Source: Geosiphon pyriformis uo1
Lineage: Eukaryota; Fungi; Glomeromycota
DNA: 64,000 nt
Assembly: GCA_016748015.1 (NCBI GenBank)
Contig: JAAOMT010000082.1
Location: 154,314-218,313 of the forward strand
Direction: 5' to 3'
Numbering within the stretch: position 1 is the stretch's first letter; each line of letters begins with the position of its first letter. Below are positions 24,401 to 37,125 of this stretch, piece after piece. The position numbers and the translations under genes were made by a program. The notes beneath the pieces are model-generated. The model was not told the origin of the DNA and did no database searches. It saw only the letters and a program-made list of their open reading frames with translations.

Positions 24401-27400
24401 TCATGGAGTGACAACAGCCAAAACAAACCAGCCACTGAATGGAGTTGGGAAAAAAAGGTGAAAGGAAAAGAACAGGAAGAAGAACCAAAACAAACCACTT
24501 CCTCCACTTATATTTTATACTCGACACAATCTCAAAACGCTTACTATTGACCCAAACTAGTATGCATCAGTTGTGACAAGAAACTGTTGACAATGGGGGC
24601 ATGCTGTAGTAAGGACAAAGAATAGACGACAGCAACCGAGTACTACTGTTGCCCATGTATTCTTGAACACAATGAATGGTTGCCAAAAATAAGAAAATGG
24701 GACGGAACTTTGTGTTTAGCTTGTGAAGATACTCTCTTAGATAAAAAGATGTGGAAAGACATTTCTGGAAGAGGAGGAGCATGTGATGAGACATGCCAAT
24801 ACACAATCTTGATCAACAACTGGGTACGAAAGGGAACTTTTATCGATGACACCTGGAAATGAGTATTAAGATGTCTGGAAGAATACTCACATGATGAAGA
24901 TGAAATCTGGAAAATGGCATATGCTATGTCAGAAGATGCTACAATAGAGGAGCTGAGAGAAATTAAAAACAACCTACTATCTCTAACTGAGCCTGAATAT
25001 GTTCAAACTTTTGATGTCTTCGGCAACATTGAAGATGATCCAAAGGAATTCCATGAGCACTACTAATGATTAGTACCTATGAGAGAGGAACAGAAGCAAT
25101 GCTTAGAAGAGATAAACACCCGACTATGTGATCACTGTTTGATCCCATGTGACTTCCAGTATTGTAATGAGTGTGATCTCATTTACAATCCACCACCACG
25201 CATGATCTACATGATCCCAGAAGAGGAAAAACCAATCAGCAGATACACATCAGAATCGAATTTTAATCCCGATTCAAACTCTAACAATAATGACAACAAA
25301 AACACCAGTTCCAGTTCCATTCAAAATGGCAATAATGACAACAATGACATAAGCTCAGATTCAAACTCCGATTCAAATCCTGAACAATATATTGCACTTC
25401 TTGATCTCACCAAGGACCAGGAACTTAAATGGTTTAGTGATAATGATGAAGGTATTATGCCAGAATGCACACATAATACTGATGCAGAGTTTGATCTAAG
25501 GTATTCAGGGAAAAATACCATTAAATTAGAACCACACTCATGCACCAGCATTGATTTGAAAGTAGCAATAGAGATACCAGCTACCACTATGGTTCTACTA
25601 GTATCTAGGAGTAGTTTAGCAAAGAAGGAAGTCAACATTAGAGAAGGAATAATTGATGCAGAATATGTAGAAAATATCATTGCTATGCTACAAAATGACT
25701 CAGAAAAGGCTTATACCATTGAGCCAAATGAAAAGATAACACAGACAATATTTCTATCTTTAGTTAAAGTAGCTAGGTTAGTGTCAGTAGGAACAAGAAA
25801 AGAATTAGGGATGACAGCAAGAGGGATACAGGGATTTGAATCCACAAGTAGAATAGATGTGCCAATCAATATGGCAAAAGAAGAAATTGTTGGCAAGGGA
25901 GAAATTATTTTCATCGGTCAACCAATTTCTATTCCACCATATGGCCAGCACATGGTAGTTATAGAATAGAAAGTAAAGAATCAGGATCAAATTTTTGAAA
26001 CAGACTTGATGCTTTGTGAATCAGAAAAAATTGGATTCATCAATCTCTATGTGCCAGCCAAGAACCATAACCACATAAAAATTCCTATCTACAACAACAC
26101 TGAAGACATCATCGAAGTTCCAGAAGGAACCACAATTGGACATTTAAGCACAGAAGTAGAAGACCAGCCACCACACTATATTTCAGACTTTCCACAACTT
26201 TGTGGGTATATCAATATTATATCACAAGCAATTTATAGATAAAACGAATGTTATTTACTCCAACCAAAACAATTGAAGCAAATGAATATGGGTAACTTAG
26301 ACCCACTCCAACAGATGCAGCTCAAAATGTTGCTCAACAAATTCAATGACATCTTTGCCAATAAAAATGAATTTGGCAGAACTGATATCATTCAGCACCA
26401 GATCAAGACTGAAGATGCAATGCCAATTAAACAAAGAGCATACAGAGTGCCACCAGCCAGCCATGAGATCATTTGTCAAAAAATCAATCGGATGCTTGAC
26501 AATGGGTTAATTCAGCTATCAATGAGCCTATGGTCATCACCAGTAGTACTTGTCCAGAAAAAGAATGGAAAGATTCGCTTTTGTGTAGATTACAGAAAGC
26601 TCAATGGTATTACTTGTGGTGACAGCTATTCAACTCCCAGAATTCAAAAACTATTCGACACTTTTGGTGGAAAGAAATGGTTTTTGACACTAGATCTGGA
26701 TAGTGGTTATTGGCAAGTAGCCATGAACCCAAATGACAAAGAAAAGACTGCTTTTACTATCAAAGAAGAAAATTTTGAGTTTGAAGTCATGCCATTTGGC
26801 TTAATAAATGCACCAGCCACATTTCAATGGCTAATGAAGATCATATATTAAGGCTTGCTATAAAAGTCAGTTGTAGTATATTTGGATAACACCAATGTGT
26901 TCTTAAAAATGTTTAATAATCATCTCCACCATTTACAACAGGTGTTTGAGAGACTAAGAAGAGCTGGATTGAAGTTAAATGCCAGCAAATGTTTCTTCAG
27001 AAAAATAGAACTCCAATTTTTGGAACACATAGTGAGCAGAAATGGCATCAAAACAGATCCAGACAAGATTGAAAAAGTGAAGAATTTTCCAGAGCCAACA
27101 AATTTCACAGAATTAAGAGCATTTTTGGAATTTGTTGGTTATTACTGTTGCTTCATCCAAAACTTCTCCAAAATAGCCCAGCCACTAAATCAGCTTTTGA
27201 CAAAGAACACTAAGTATAGGTGAATTGAATCTCAACAAGAAGTGTTTGATATACTAAAGAAAAAGTTAATCCAAGCCCCAGTACTAATATACTCTAATCA
27301 CAACAAGCCATTCATGATCACCACGGATGCATCAGGTCAGGCATTGAGAGCAGTATTATTACAAAAAAATCCGAATGGAAGAGAACATCCAGTAGCTTAT

Positions 27401-27682
27401 GCAAGCCGAGGTCTAACTCCAGCTGAGAAAAACTATGAAACACCAGTATTAGAACATTTGGCTATCTATTAGACAGTAACCAAATAGAAAGAATACTTGA
27501 GCCAAAAATTTGATGTGTACACAGACCACAAAGGATTGACATCAATTCAGAAACAAGAATTTAGAAACAGATGCCACACAAAATGGAAAATAGAGTTGTC
27601 ACCATTTAATTATACAGTACATTACAAAAAAGGAAAAGACTATGGAAACACAGACGGATTGTCGTGAATGAGACAAATCTAG
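21455..27682 (+). pseudogene. gag-pol: Element D Gag-PR-Cys-rich-dUTPase-RT-RNase H, one ~2075-codon frame broken by point stops
   Basis: ORF fragments at 21455, 21926, 22331, 22547, 24056, 24323, 24680, 25079, 26006, 26273, 26882 and 27242 all lie in the same frame; motifs as in A. Confidence 0.94.
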
Positions 27683-27744
27683 AAACGTTTCAAACCAAAA
27701 ATATAACAAAACCCAAAAAAATTCAAATAAAAATATAACAAAAG

Positions 27745-29127
27745 ATGAACATACAAAAATACCAACAACTTCAACACTATATTAATACCCAACTGTTTAA
27801 AGAAAAATTATCTCAAAAGAAACAAACCCATATAAAACAACAATCAAAATATTTTATCACTTACCAAAATATACTTTATCAGAAAAACAGAAAAGAACCC
27901 AATCAACCACTCAGAGTTGTTACAGAGCCAGAAAAAGAGACAATATTGTACAACATACATTTAGATCCAACAGCAGAACATTTTTACAAAGAAGCCACAA
28001 TGAAAAGAGCCAAAAAAAGATACTATTGGCCATCAATGTACCCAGACATCATCCAATATGTTCAAAATTGTGATGCTTGCCAAAAAAGAAGAGGAACAAG
28101 GCCCAGTGAACTATTAAGACCAATCAAAATAAGACAACCATTTGATCGAATTGGAATTGACTTAGTTGGACCATTGACAATTACCAGTAGAGAAAACAGA
28201 TACATAGCAGTAACCATGAACTATCTTACCAAATGGCCAGAAGCAAAAGCAATTCAAAGAGTAGATGCAGAATCCGTTGCCAAATTTGTTTATCAAGATT
28301 TGATCTGTCAACATAGATGTCCAAAAGAATTACTTTCAGACCAAGGAACTTATTTTGTGAACAAAACATTAGCAGAATTAAGCCAAAGATTCAGAATTAA
28401 GAGGCCACTATCATCACCATACTATCCACAAACCAATAGATTAGTTGAAAGGTTTAACAGAATATTGTGTGAAGTGATAGCCAAACTGAGCCAAGAAAAT
28501 CAAAATGATTGGGATTTGTTAATACCATTAGTACTATTTGCTTATCGAACAATGAAGTAAGACACTACACAAGCAACACTATTTGAACTAGTATACAGTA
28601 GAACAGCAACACTACCAGCCAAGATAGAAGTCAACACTTATCCAACAGAACCAATAACTGAAGACAATTTTTAGGAAACATTGCTAAGAAGAACATATGA
28701 CTTGATGGAAACTCTAGAAAACAAAAGACGAAAAGCAACTGACAACATACAACAGTCATAAAAAAAACAGAAAGAAAGACATGATAACCAATTACCAGAG
28801 AAACCAATTGAATTCAAGATTGGAAACAAAGTACTTCTATATTATACCAAAGCAGAAAAACAATGAAGTGGAAAATTTGACCCCAAATGGGATGAACCAT
28901 TTCACATTGAAGAAATTCTTGGAAATGGAGCTTATAAATTAAGATAGAACAACAAAATCTTAGCCAAAGCAGCACATGGAGATTGACTGAAACCATATCA
29001 CTATACAGTGTCACCATCCACCAGTAATATTCCACAATTAGGAATACAGAGAATATTAGTCCAACCAGATGAAATTTCATGAGACTGGGAACCAATTATT
29101 ATTATTGACAACAACACATTAAATTAA
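27745..29127 (+). pseudogene. Element D integrase, separate ORF (~460 codons)
   Basis: 271-aa open stretch with HHCC (H..EHF..CDAC) and DDE core (GIDLVGPL..LSDQG..LVERFNR); different frame from gag-pol. Confidence 0.93.
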
Positions 29128-29181
29128 TCCATCAAAGGAATATATAAAAACAGAGTAAACACGACAGAAGATATTAGAAAA

Positions 29182-29811
29182 ATGGAAATTACGGACAACA
29201 TCCACTCACTAGCACAACAACTTTTTCAATTAATCCAACACCAAGAAATAGAAATTACAATCAATCAACAAACTATTCAATATCAAGATACTAAAAAGAC
29301 ACTGCAAAACAGAAAACAGAAGAAACCAGAAAATGCCATTGACAAAATTATTACAAAAGTAAAATTGGCAATAAAAGAATTGACAAAAGAGTCAATATAC
29401 CAAGAGTTGATGAAAGAAACTTGGAATTGGTGAATACAACAATTTTCAAGAAACTATTGTTATTTTTACTTGGGACAACACGTGAATATCCAGAACTTAT
29501 ATACGGATAAAACAAAGCAGTTATTCGACACAACAATATTATAACAACTAGAACATTTTGTGAAGAAAAACAACTTATCTACACAAGCTCAAGCTATATA
29601 CCAAATACACACAGTATTTCAGAATCGACCAGAAATTTTACTCAACAAAGCAATGGATACAGTTACCAGTAATCAATTAGGAAGGATTACCAATGCTTAA
29701 TTTGAAGAAGTACAGACTCAAATAACACAAGTAATTCTTGAAAATGAAATTCAGAAAATACTTCAAGAAAGGGAATTAACAGAGTTAGATTTTGATGAAG
29801 CTCAATATTAA
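29182..29811 (+). pseudogene. Element D ORF3 (209 codons, three internal stops)
   Basis: MEITDNIHSLAQQLFQ...YCYFYLGQH...SNQLGRITNA*FEEV...ELDFDEAQY*; stop overlaps the PPT. Confidence 0.78.
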
Positions 29812-29824
29812 AAGAAGAGAATAA

Positions 29825-30667
29825 TGTTACTCATAAAAATATAGGGAATATATATTAGCATAGTTATTAACCAATCAGAAGTAGACATAGTAAAATATGG
29901 AATTCCAGGATTTCTCTTAGGAATTGCAGGATTTCAGGAATCACAGAATTCCAGGATTCTAGAATTTCTCTTAAAGGAATTGCAGGATTCCTGTTGTGAA
30001 GAATTGAGAAATTGAGAAATCTCAATTATGTATATATAGCAGTAAGATTAGAAGCTAAAAACAGAGACATCCAGTTTAGATTTAATCTAAGCAACTCTCC
30101 ACATCACAAATATTAATAAATAACTATTTCCATACCTCAATTTATCTTCTACTATCAACTTCATGTTGATAGTAATGAATACTTAACCACACTGAAACAA
30201 TAGCTCTTGATCATGGCTATTGATGAGATACTAATCAAAATTGCCTTGGCTCATTTCCTTATTTTATTTCTGTTTTCTTTATTTCTTTTCTTTATTTTAT
30301 TTTTCTTTGTGGGTGTATACTAATTGATTAAAAGATTAAGTACTGAGTTATTGATGTCAAGGATAGCCTGGTAAAAGACCCAGAAATAAGGGTAAGATTT
30401 TATATATTATTGGATAGCTTACCAGAAAGGCACGACTGCCAGACTAAATCCAGCCACCATGCTGAAAAAAAAATTGGAAAAACTCTTGGAAAAATACATC
30501 TACTATCAACACTATTGAATCTCTGTTCATTATACAAAGGACTCAACCAAAACCTTCAGACCACGTAAAAACCATCAGAATTACCAACATCTGCATCAAA
30601 ATAGCTTTTGAGCACCAAGTTATGGGTTTGTTATTTAATTCAACAGCAGAAATAATCACCTGTAACA
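29825..30667 (+). repeat. 3' LTR of element D
   Basis: Direct repeat of 20515-21395 with fewer U3 tandem units. Confidence 0.95.
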
Positions 30668-30671
30668 ATGT

Positions 30672-33600
30672 CAAATGTTTAGACATATTCGGGTTCAAGC
30701 AGAAACAGAAAGTTGTTTTTGATTTCTAGTAGCTTGCTGGCTGTCACATCTTCTACTTTTACACTTGCCATTCTCCAGATTTTATGCTTATCATGTGGAT
30801 ATCCTTCCAATTATTACAATACTTATTTCCAGGCATTATCAATTGATGTTCTTTTCCATATCCAGTCATTAATTAAGATTATATACTGGCAGGTTTTGTC
30901 ACGTGTTTTTTTATGTTCAGGAATGTCATTCTATATTCCTTCTTTGGGTAATATAGTGTCACATGCAAGACAAGATTTATTGTCTCATTTTCTTTGCTAT
31001 TTTGGTCATCCAAAGCATTTTATGATGCATGAGCAACAGTAAAATTTTGTTGCTGTGTGGTATTCCTCATCATTGCCACAACATGTGCCCATTGACAACA
31101 ATTTCTTACCACAATTGGCACATATAAGCTTTGGTCAGCAATAAGAGGGTCATTGGGATGTATTGTAGATATAGGAGTTATAAGTGGTGGTGCTTGTAAG
31201 TGTTGTTTCTTTTTCTCTTTTTCTTTCCCTTGTCAGTCTCTTCTCATTCCCAACTTGGTAGCTTGTCCTGATTATTGTCAGTTTTCCAGACTTGGTCAAT
31301 GTTCTAAGTAAGTTCTGTCTCCTTCTGTTTTTCTTTGCTATTGTTGTCCCAAAATAGTATGGACAGTAGTTTATTGTGGTTGTTTTCAGCCCATGATACT
31401 TGATAGGCTTCCCAGGTAGGCTTCTTTTCTTCTTTCTCAAACTTGATAAGTGGTGCTGGCATGTTAATAGTCTTGAAATGGCCACACGTGGCTGGTATGT
31501 GTGTGTATCAACCATTCTGGTTAAGTTGAAGCTCTTGTGTATTCTAATCAAGCATTATGTTGGTTTTAAACAGCCAGTCATTACCAATGAGTGCTTGATA
31601 TTGAGTGGCTTCTATGACTAATATCTTGATTGGCACAATGATGCCATTAACTTCTATAGGAAGGTCATTGATCTTGCCAATTAGAGTTTTGGTCATTCCA
31701 TCAGCAGTGATAATTTGTGCACTGGCAGTTTGATCAACTTGGCGACCTAATTGATCTATGAGTTGTCTTGTAATAATGCTGCCAGCTAATTCACTATCTA
31801 AGATCAGTTTGATGGTATGGCCATTAACTTTGGCATCAGTGTACATGGCAGTAATAGGTTTTTCTTCCAGAGTAGCTCCACTAAATAACAGCATGGTTAA
31901 TGGTTCTTTAAGTTCAAATGGGAAGATGATGTCCAGTAATTTGTTTTCAGTAATGGTAGCTGGTAGAATATTACTAATAAGTGCTTGCCATTGGTTGAAT
32001 TCCAGCATATTAGGTGTGATATCTTCTGGAGTAATCAAGAGACTTAAATAGTATTGAAAATTTGGGTTTTGGGTGTACCTGGTTTCCAAATTCTATTGTC
32101 ATGATCTTAATGATTGGTTGAAGGAACTGGGAATTGGTTAGTAAACAATTATTGATGATCTCCAGTTTTGGGTAACCCTTAATCTGGAATTCCCTGATGT
32201 CATCAGAGCTGGGTTTGGTGGCAGTGTTGAAATTGGTGGTTGATATATTATTTGAAGCTGCGGCTGATTAATAAGTTGAGACTGCAATTAATAAACTATG
32301 GGTGCTAGAGGCTGATAAATTGGTGGTTGATAAATTTGCTGCTGCATCATAGGTAGGTAATTCAGTTGATACAGTTCTAAGTTTAATTAATAACTTGAAG
32401 TTTGAAACTGGTGATTGGGGTTTTGATATTGATTTTCCGATTGTTGATTTTCTATTCTTAATCTGCAGTCAAGTCTTAAATATCCTTGTTTACTACAGTA
32501 GTGACAAATATGTATTTTCTGCTGCCACTGTTAATTGGTCGAGGATGATGGATGCAACTAGTTCTGGAAATGATTTGCATTTCCTTGATTATTACATTAT
32601 TGTAAAGGTTAATAAACTGCTTAATTGTTGTTAGCTAAGTATCTCTCTAATTTTTGATTGATTGATTTACTGAATTGCTTCAATTTGGAATCCAAGTCAG
32701 ATAATCTGTTCATTATTAGATTTACTGTTTGAATGTGGTTGGCTTCTAATTCAGCTGCTTCAAAATTTTTGCATTGGTAATAGCTGCTTGCAGATTGACA
32801 GGATGCATTGGACGTATGTGTTGCAGAATGCTACTGTGTAATCCACAAATAAACTGATTTAAGATCTGGGTTGCTGTGAAATAATTGGCATTGATGGCTT
32901 GGATCTGGCACAGATTCCTATGGAAGCATCTTAAGTAAGTAGTAACTGCTTTATTTTCTCCTTGTTTGATTGTGTTAAAGGTGTTGGCTAGACAATTAAT
33001 ACTGTTATTGTTACTGAAATATCTCAAGAATTCAATTTTGAATGTATTGAAATCTTAAGATTTGTTGACCAAGCTTTGGTACTATAAATTAGCAGTATTC
33101 TGGAGAAAATATGGGATGGCTTGCATGGCTCTGGCATCATTCTATTCATTAGCCATGATGGCTTTTTCCACATTGTTGAGCCATACTTGTGCATTATTTT
33201 CTTCACCTGTGAATCTTTTGAGCTTTGCTATTGGGCATAGGTTATTAGATCTACATTTGGTTGGTGTGATAATTGGAGGGTAGTGGTTGAGGTAGTATTG
33301 GTGACTGTTAAATTTGTTTTACAATTGGATCAATTGGTTGCTAATTGATGATGATTTCTGGAGATAAGTTTTCCTGATTAATTGTTTCAGGGTTTGAATT
33401 AGTTTGAGTTTGCTGGGTCTAAATGTTCGGGGTTTCAACTTCCAGATTTTCTAAAATCGGGTTTTGGTAAGTAAATTTCTGATCCTTACTTCCTTTTTTT
33501 CTTGATTCCATTATTTTCCATGGACTCGCAGTTCTGAAATCTGGTTGAAGTAGCAGTGATCAAAATCCTGATGGCATTGATGATCTCAAATTAAATTCCT

Positions 33601-34147
33601 CACCATAAATTCCTAATAATTCCACTTTCTTTTGTTTACTTTGAAATAGGAGTTGTCTGAATGTTGATGTTGTATTTGATGTGGACATACTTGTTGATGT
33701 AATATTAATGGCACTTCCAGATGTATAATGATATAATAGATTAGTTGGTGATTTAACTCTTGTTTTCTTCCAAGTGAGTGGTCATATCCTTTGAGGTGTT
33801 ATTGCTAATGTTTGTAGTTTTTCTTTGCCTTTGTTGGCATAAGTAATTGGATATCTTTGTTGAGTGTGAATTTCAATTTCTTTATTGATTTCAGTGAGGA
33901 TTGCTGTAAAATTATAATTTGCTGGTAGGCTGGTGTTTTGAATTAATTTGTTGTAGAAATTTCTTCTGGCTGAGTCAGTTTCTACTGATACTTTTAGCAA
34001 GTATGAAATTTTTTTGTTGATGTAGAAATTGAAAGCTAATTTTGCTGATAAGTGATTGTTGGTTAATCTTAGATGTTGACAATAGTATTGGAATAAGAAT
34101 TTTGCAAATCCTAAATAGTTTGTCCCTGTTTTTTTGGATTCTGCCAC
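30672..34147 (-). pseudogene. gag-pol: Element C gag-protease-Cys-rich region (5' part)
   Basis: VAESKKTGTNYLGFAK..; capsid fragments 32746-33206; protease LILDSELAGSII (ORF 31544-32089). Confidence 0.9.
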
Positions 34148-34210
34148 TGTTTGGATGAGTGTTGTTGGTGCTGGTTCTCTGTAGGATTATACTTCACAGG
34201 AAGCACCAAA

Positions 34211-34970
34211 TATTACAGATGATTATTTGGAGTCTCAAATCAAATAACAAATCTGTAATTTGATGTTTTAGTATCTTAATAATGTGAGTAATATTGGTAT
34301 GTTGTTGTTATCTGAAGGTTTAATTGATCTGAAAGTTTTATGATTGAGTTTTTTGTATAATGAACAGAGATTCAATAATGGTTTTCAGTAGCCTTCTGGA
34401 ATTACAATTCCATCAAATTTCTTTCTCAGCATGGTGGCTGGTAATCCTCCTGGTAAGCTATCCTCAATTCTATAAGTGTTTTACCCTTGTTTCTACCAGT
34501 TCCTATGACATCTTTTAATTTAGTGCTTTTAATCCTTAATCAGTTTAGTAAACAACAATAAAATCAAAAAAAAGAAATAAAGAAAGAAAATAAAAGAAAT
34601 AAAGAAAAATAAGTCAATACAATTACAAGTTAGTATTCCATCAATAGCCATAATCAAGAGCTATTGTTCTAGCATAGTCAAATATCAATTACTATCAACA
34701 TGAAGTGTTGATAGTAGATAATAGAATTGAGATAACAAATAGTTATTTATTGATATTTATAATAGAAAAAGTTGCTTAAATTAAATCTAAATGAAAAGGT
34801 CTGTCTTTTCTACTTCTACTGCTATTACTATATATACATAATTGATGTTCTATAAAATTGCTCACATTCCTAAGCAATGTGCTATGATTTCTTGAGCAAT
34901 GCTCACATGCTAACTACTATTTTCTTATTGATCTACTATTTTCTATATCTGTTTTTTTTTATGAGTAATA
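34211..34970 (-). repeat. 5' LTR of element C
   Basis: Followed on the minus strand by TT-TGGTGCTTCCTGTGAAG (PBS). Confidence 0.92.
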
Positions 34971-34974
34971 ATAC

Positions 34975-36021
34975 CTTGAACATTTGCAGAAGGTTTTTGA
35001 CCTGCTCAGAAATACTGGTCTTAAAATTAACCCAATCAAATCTTTTTTTGGATGCCAATCCACCTAGTTTCTTGGTTATTTTATTATAAAAGATGAAATC
35101 TTCTTTGATCCAGCTAAATTTGAAAAAGTTCAAAACATTAGACAACCAATAAATGTTTCTGAACTATGCTTTTTCTTTGGTTTGGCTTTTTACTATTGCA
35201 AATTTATCAAAAATTTTTCCAAAATTGCTTTTTCACTCAATCAGCTACTCAGAAAAAATATCAATTATCACTGGGGCACTCATTAACAGAAAGCCTTTGA
35301 AATTCTGAAGGAAAAATTTGTTACTGAACCAATTCTCAAACAACCTGACTTGGACCAACCTTTTATTCTCCACACTAATGCATCTGATTATGGACTTAAT
35401 GCTATCCTATCACAAAAAGATAAAGATAACAGAGAACATGCTATAGCATATGCTAATAGATCTCTTACACCAACAGAAAAGAACTATTCAGTAACTAAAC
35501 AAGAATACTTAGTAGTAGTTTGGGCTACCAATTACTGGGACAAATATTTTTTGGTGTGAAGTTTTTGGTGGTAACAGATCACCAAGTCTTGGTTTGGCTA
35601 TGCAACAAAAAAAAGCTGGAACACAAATAAATAACTTGCTGAATATTTTACTTGGATAAATTCGACTATGACATTCAATATCACAAAAGAGCTAATCATT
35701 AAAATGCCAATGCTCTCTCCAGATTTACTATCCAGTAACAGCACAACTTTCTCAAACCAAACCAACTTAATTATTAGTAATTCCCCTCTTGACAAACATG
35801 ATAATGGACTTGGACAACTATTCTGCCTTAATGAAATTTTTGGGTAAAGGACAATACCCACTGAATTACACTCAACAGCAAAGAGTACATTTGCATAAAC
35901 AATCAAATTTCTATTTGATCCACCAAAACCAGTTATATAAAAGAAATAGAAAAGATCCTGACCACCTTTAAAGAGTCATAAGATTTGAAGAAAGAGAAAT
36001 TGTGATTTATAATATGCACAC
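34975..36021 (+). pseudogene. pol: Element B RT 3' end, RNase H (stop 35736-35738) and integrase 5' end (ATG 35798)
   Basis: LEHLQKVF..; FILHTNASDYGL..AIAYANRSL..NANALSRFTIQ*; then MIMDLDNYSALMKFLGKGQYP. Confidence 0.85.
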
Positions 36022-37106
36022 TATTACAGACTGGTTTTCTTGTTATATTTAATTGCTGATATCTCGTTTTAATTGCAATCAGTCTTTCATGAGTTCCTCA
36101 ATTCTATTTGTGTAATAATGTCACTATTACACTGAAGGCTTTCTTTTTACTGTTGCAATGTAAGTTATTCTTCAATTCTTGATTGTTGTGTGTGTTTATG
36201 TACTCCTTCTCAGAGGCTGAACTGAAATCTACCCACTGTTTGGGGTCTTCTCTGAGGCTATCCTTGCAATTGCCTGATGTGTTTCTCTAATCTAGAAACA
36301 CAGAATGTTAATGGTCTTTAGCGCTTTTCTAATTCTTACAATAAAGCTTTTATCAATTAGTAACAATGTGAATAATCTTGATCAAGGATTATTCTTCCAA
36401 GGGATTCAGTTGATGAATGATAGTTTCATTCAATAAATAATACAAGTAAGTTTTTTAATACNNNNNNNNNNNNNNNNNNNNNNNNNNNNNNNNNNNNNNN
36501 NNNNNNNNNNNNNNNNNNNNNNNNNNNNNNNNNNNNNNNNNNNNNNNNNNNNNNNNNNNNNNNNNNNNNNNNNNNNNNNNNNNNNNNNNNNNNNNNNNNN
36601 NNNNNNNNNNNNNNNNNNNNNNNNNNNNNNNNNNNNNNNNNNNNNNNNNNNNNNNNNNNNNNNNNNNNNNNNNNNNNNNNNNNNNNNNNNNNNNNNNNNN
36701 NNNNNNNNNNNNNNNNNNNNNNNNNNNNNNNNNNNNNNNNNNNNNNNNNNNNNNNNNNNNNNNNNNNNNNNNNNNNNNNNNNNNNNNNNNNNNNNNNNNN
36801 NNNNNNNNNNNNNNNNNNNNNNNNNNNNNNNNNNNNNNNNNNNNNNNNNNNNNNNNNNNNNNNNNNNNNNNNNNNNNNNNNNNNNNNNNNNNNNNNNNNN
36901 NNNNNNNNNNNNNNNNNNNNNNNNNNNNNNNNNNNNNNNNNNNNNNNNNNNNNNNNNNNNNNNNNNNNNNNNNNNNNNNNNNNNNNNNNNNNNNNNNNNN
37001 NNNNNNNNNNATCATTACCTTTCTAAGATTATTATTGTGCTATATTATGATTGAATAGTTTGTATTATTTTTATGATTCTTTTTGCTAAATTCTTAAACT
37101 GTAACA
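36022..37106 (-). repeat. 3' LTR of element E (includes N-gap)
   Basis: Sequence on both sides of the gap matches 44385-45256. Confidence 0.88.
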
Positions 37107-37125
37107 TTATTCCCTCTTTTTAAGA

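Larger units (their letters stand above)
20515..30667 (+). mobile_element. Ty3/Gypsy LTR retrotransposon D (10.15 kb), inserted in C
   Basis: LTRs 20515-21395 and 29825-30667; PBS 21398-21413; TSD ACAT (20511-20514)/ATGT (30668-30671), both derivable from ACGT. Confidence 0.96.
14916..34970 (-). mobile_element. Ty3/Gypsy LTR retrotransposon C (~9.9 kb own sequence, contains D), inserted in the RT of B
   Basis: LTRs 14916-15711 and 34211-34970; TSD ACAC (14912-14915)/ATAC (34971-34974); PBS 34192-34208; PPT 15712-15727. B reads DEH|LEHLQKVF across it. Confidence 0.95.

Noticed and set aside
36455-37015. 186-aa poly-X ORF (also 40911-41264)
   Set aside because: Artefact of N-gaps.
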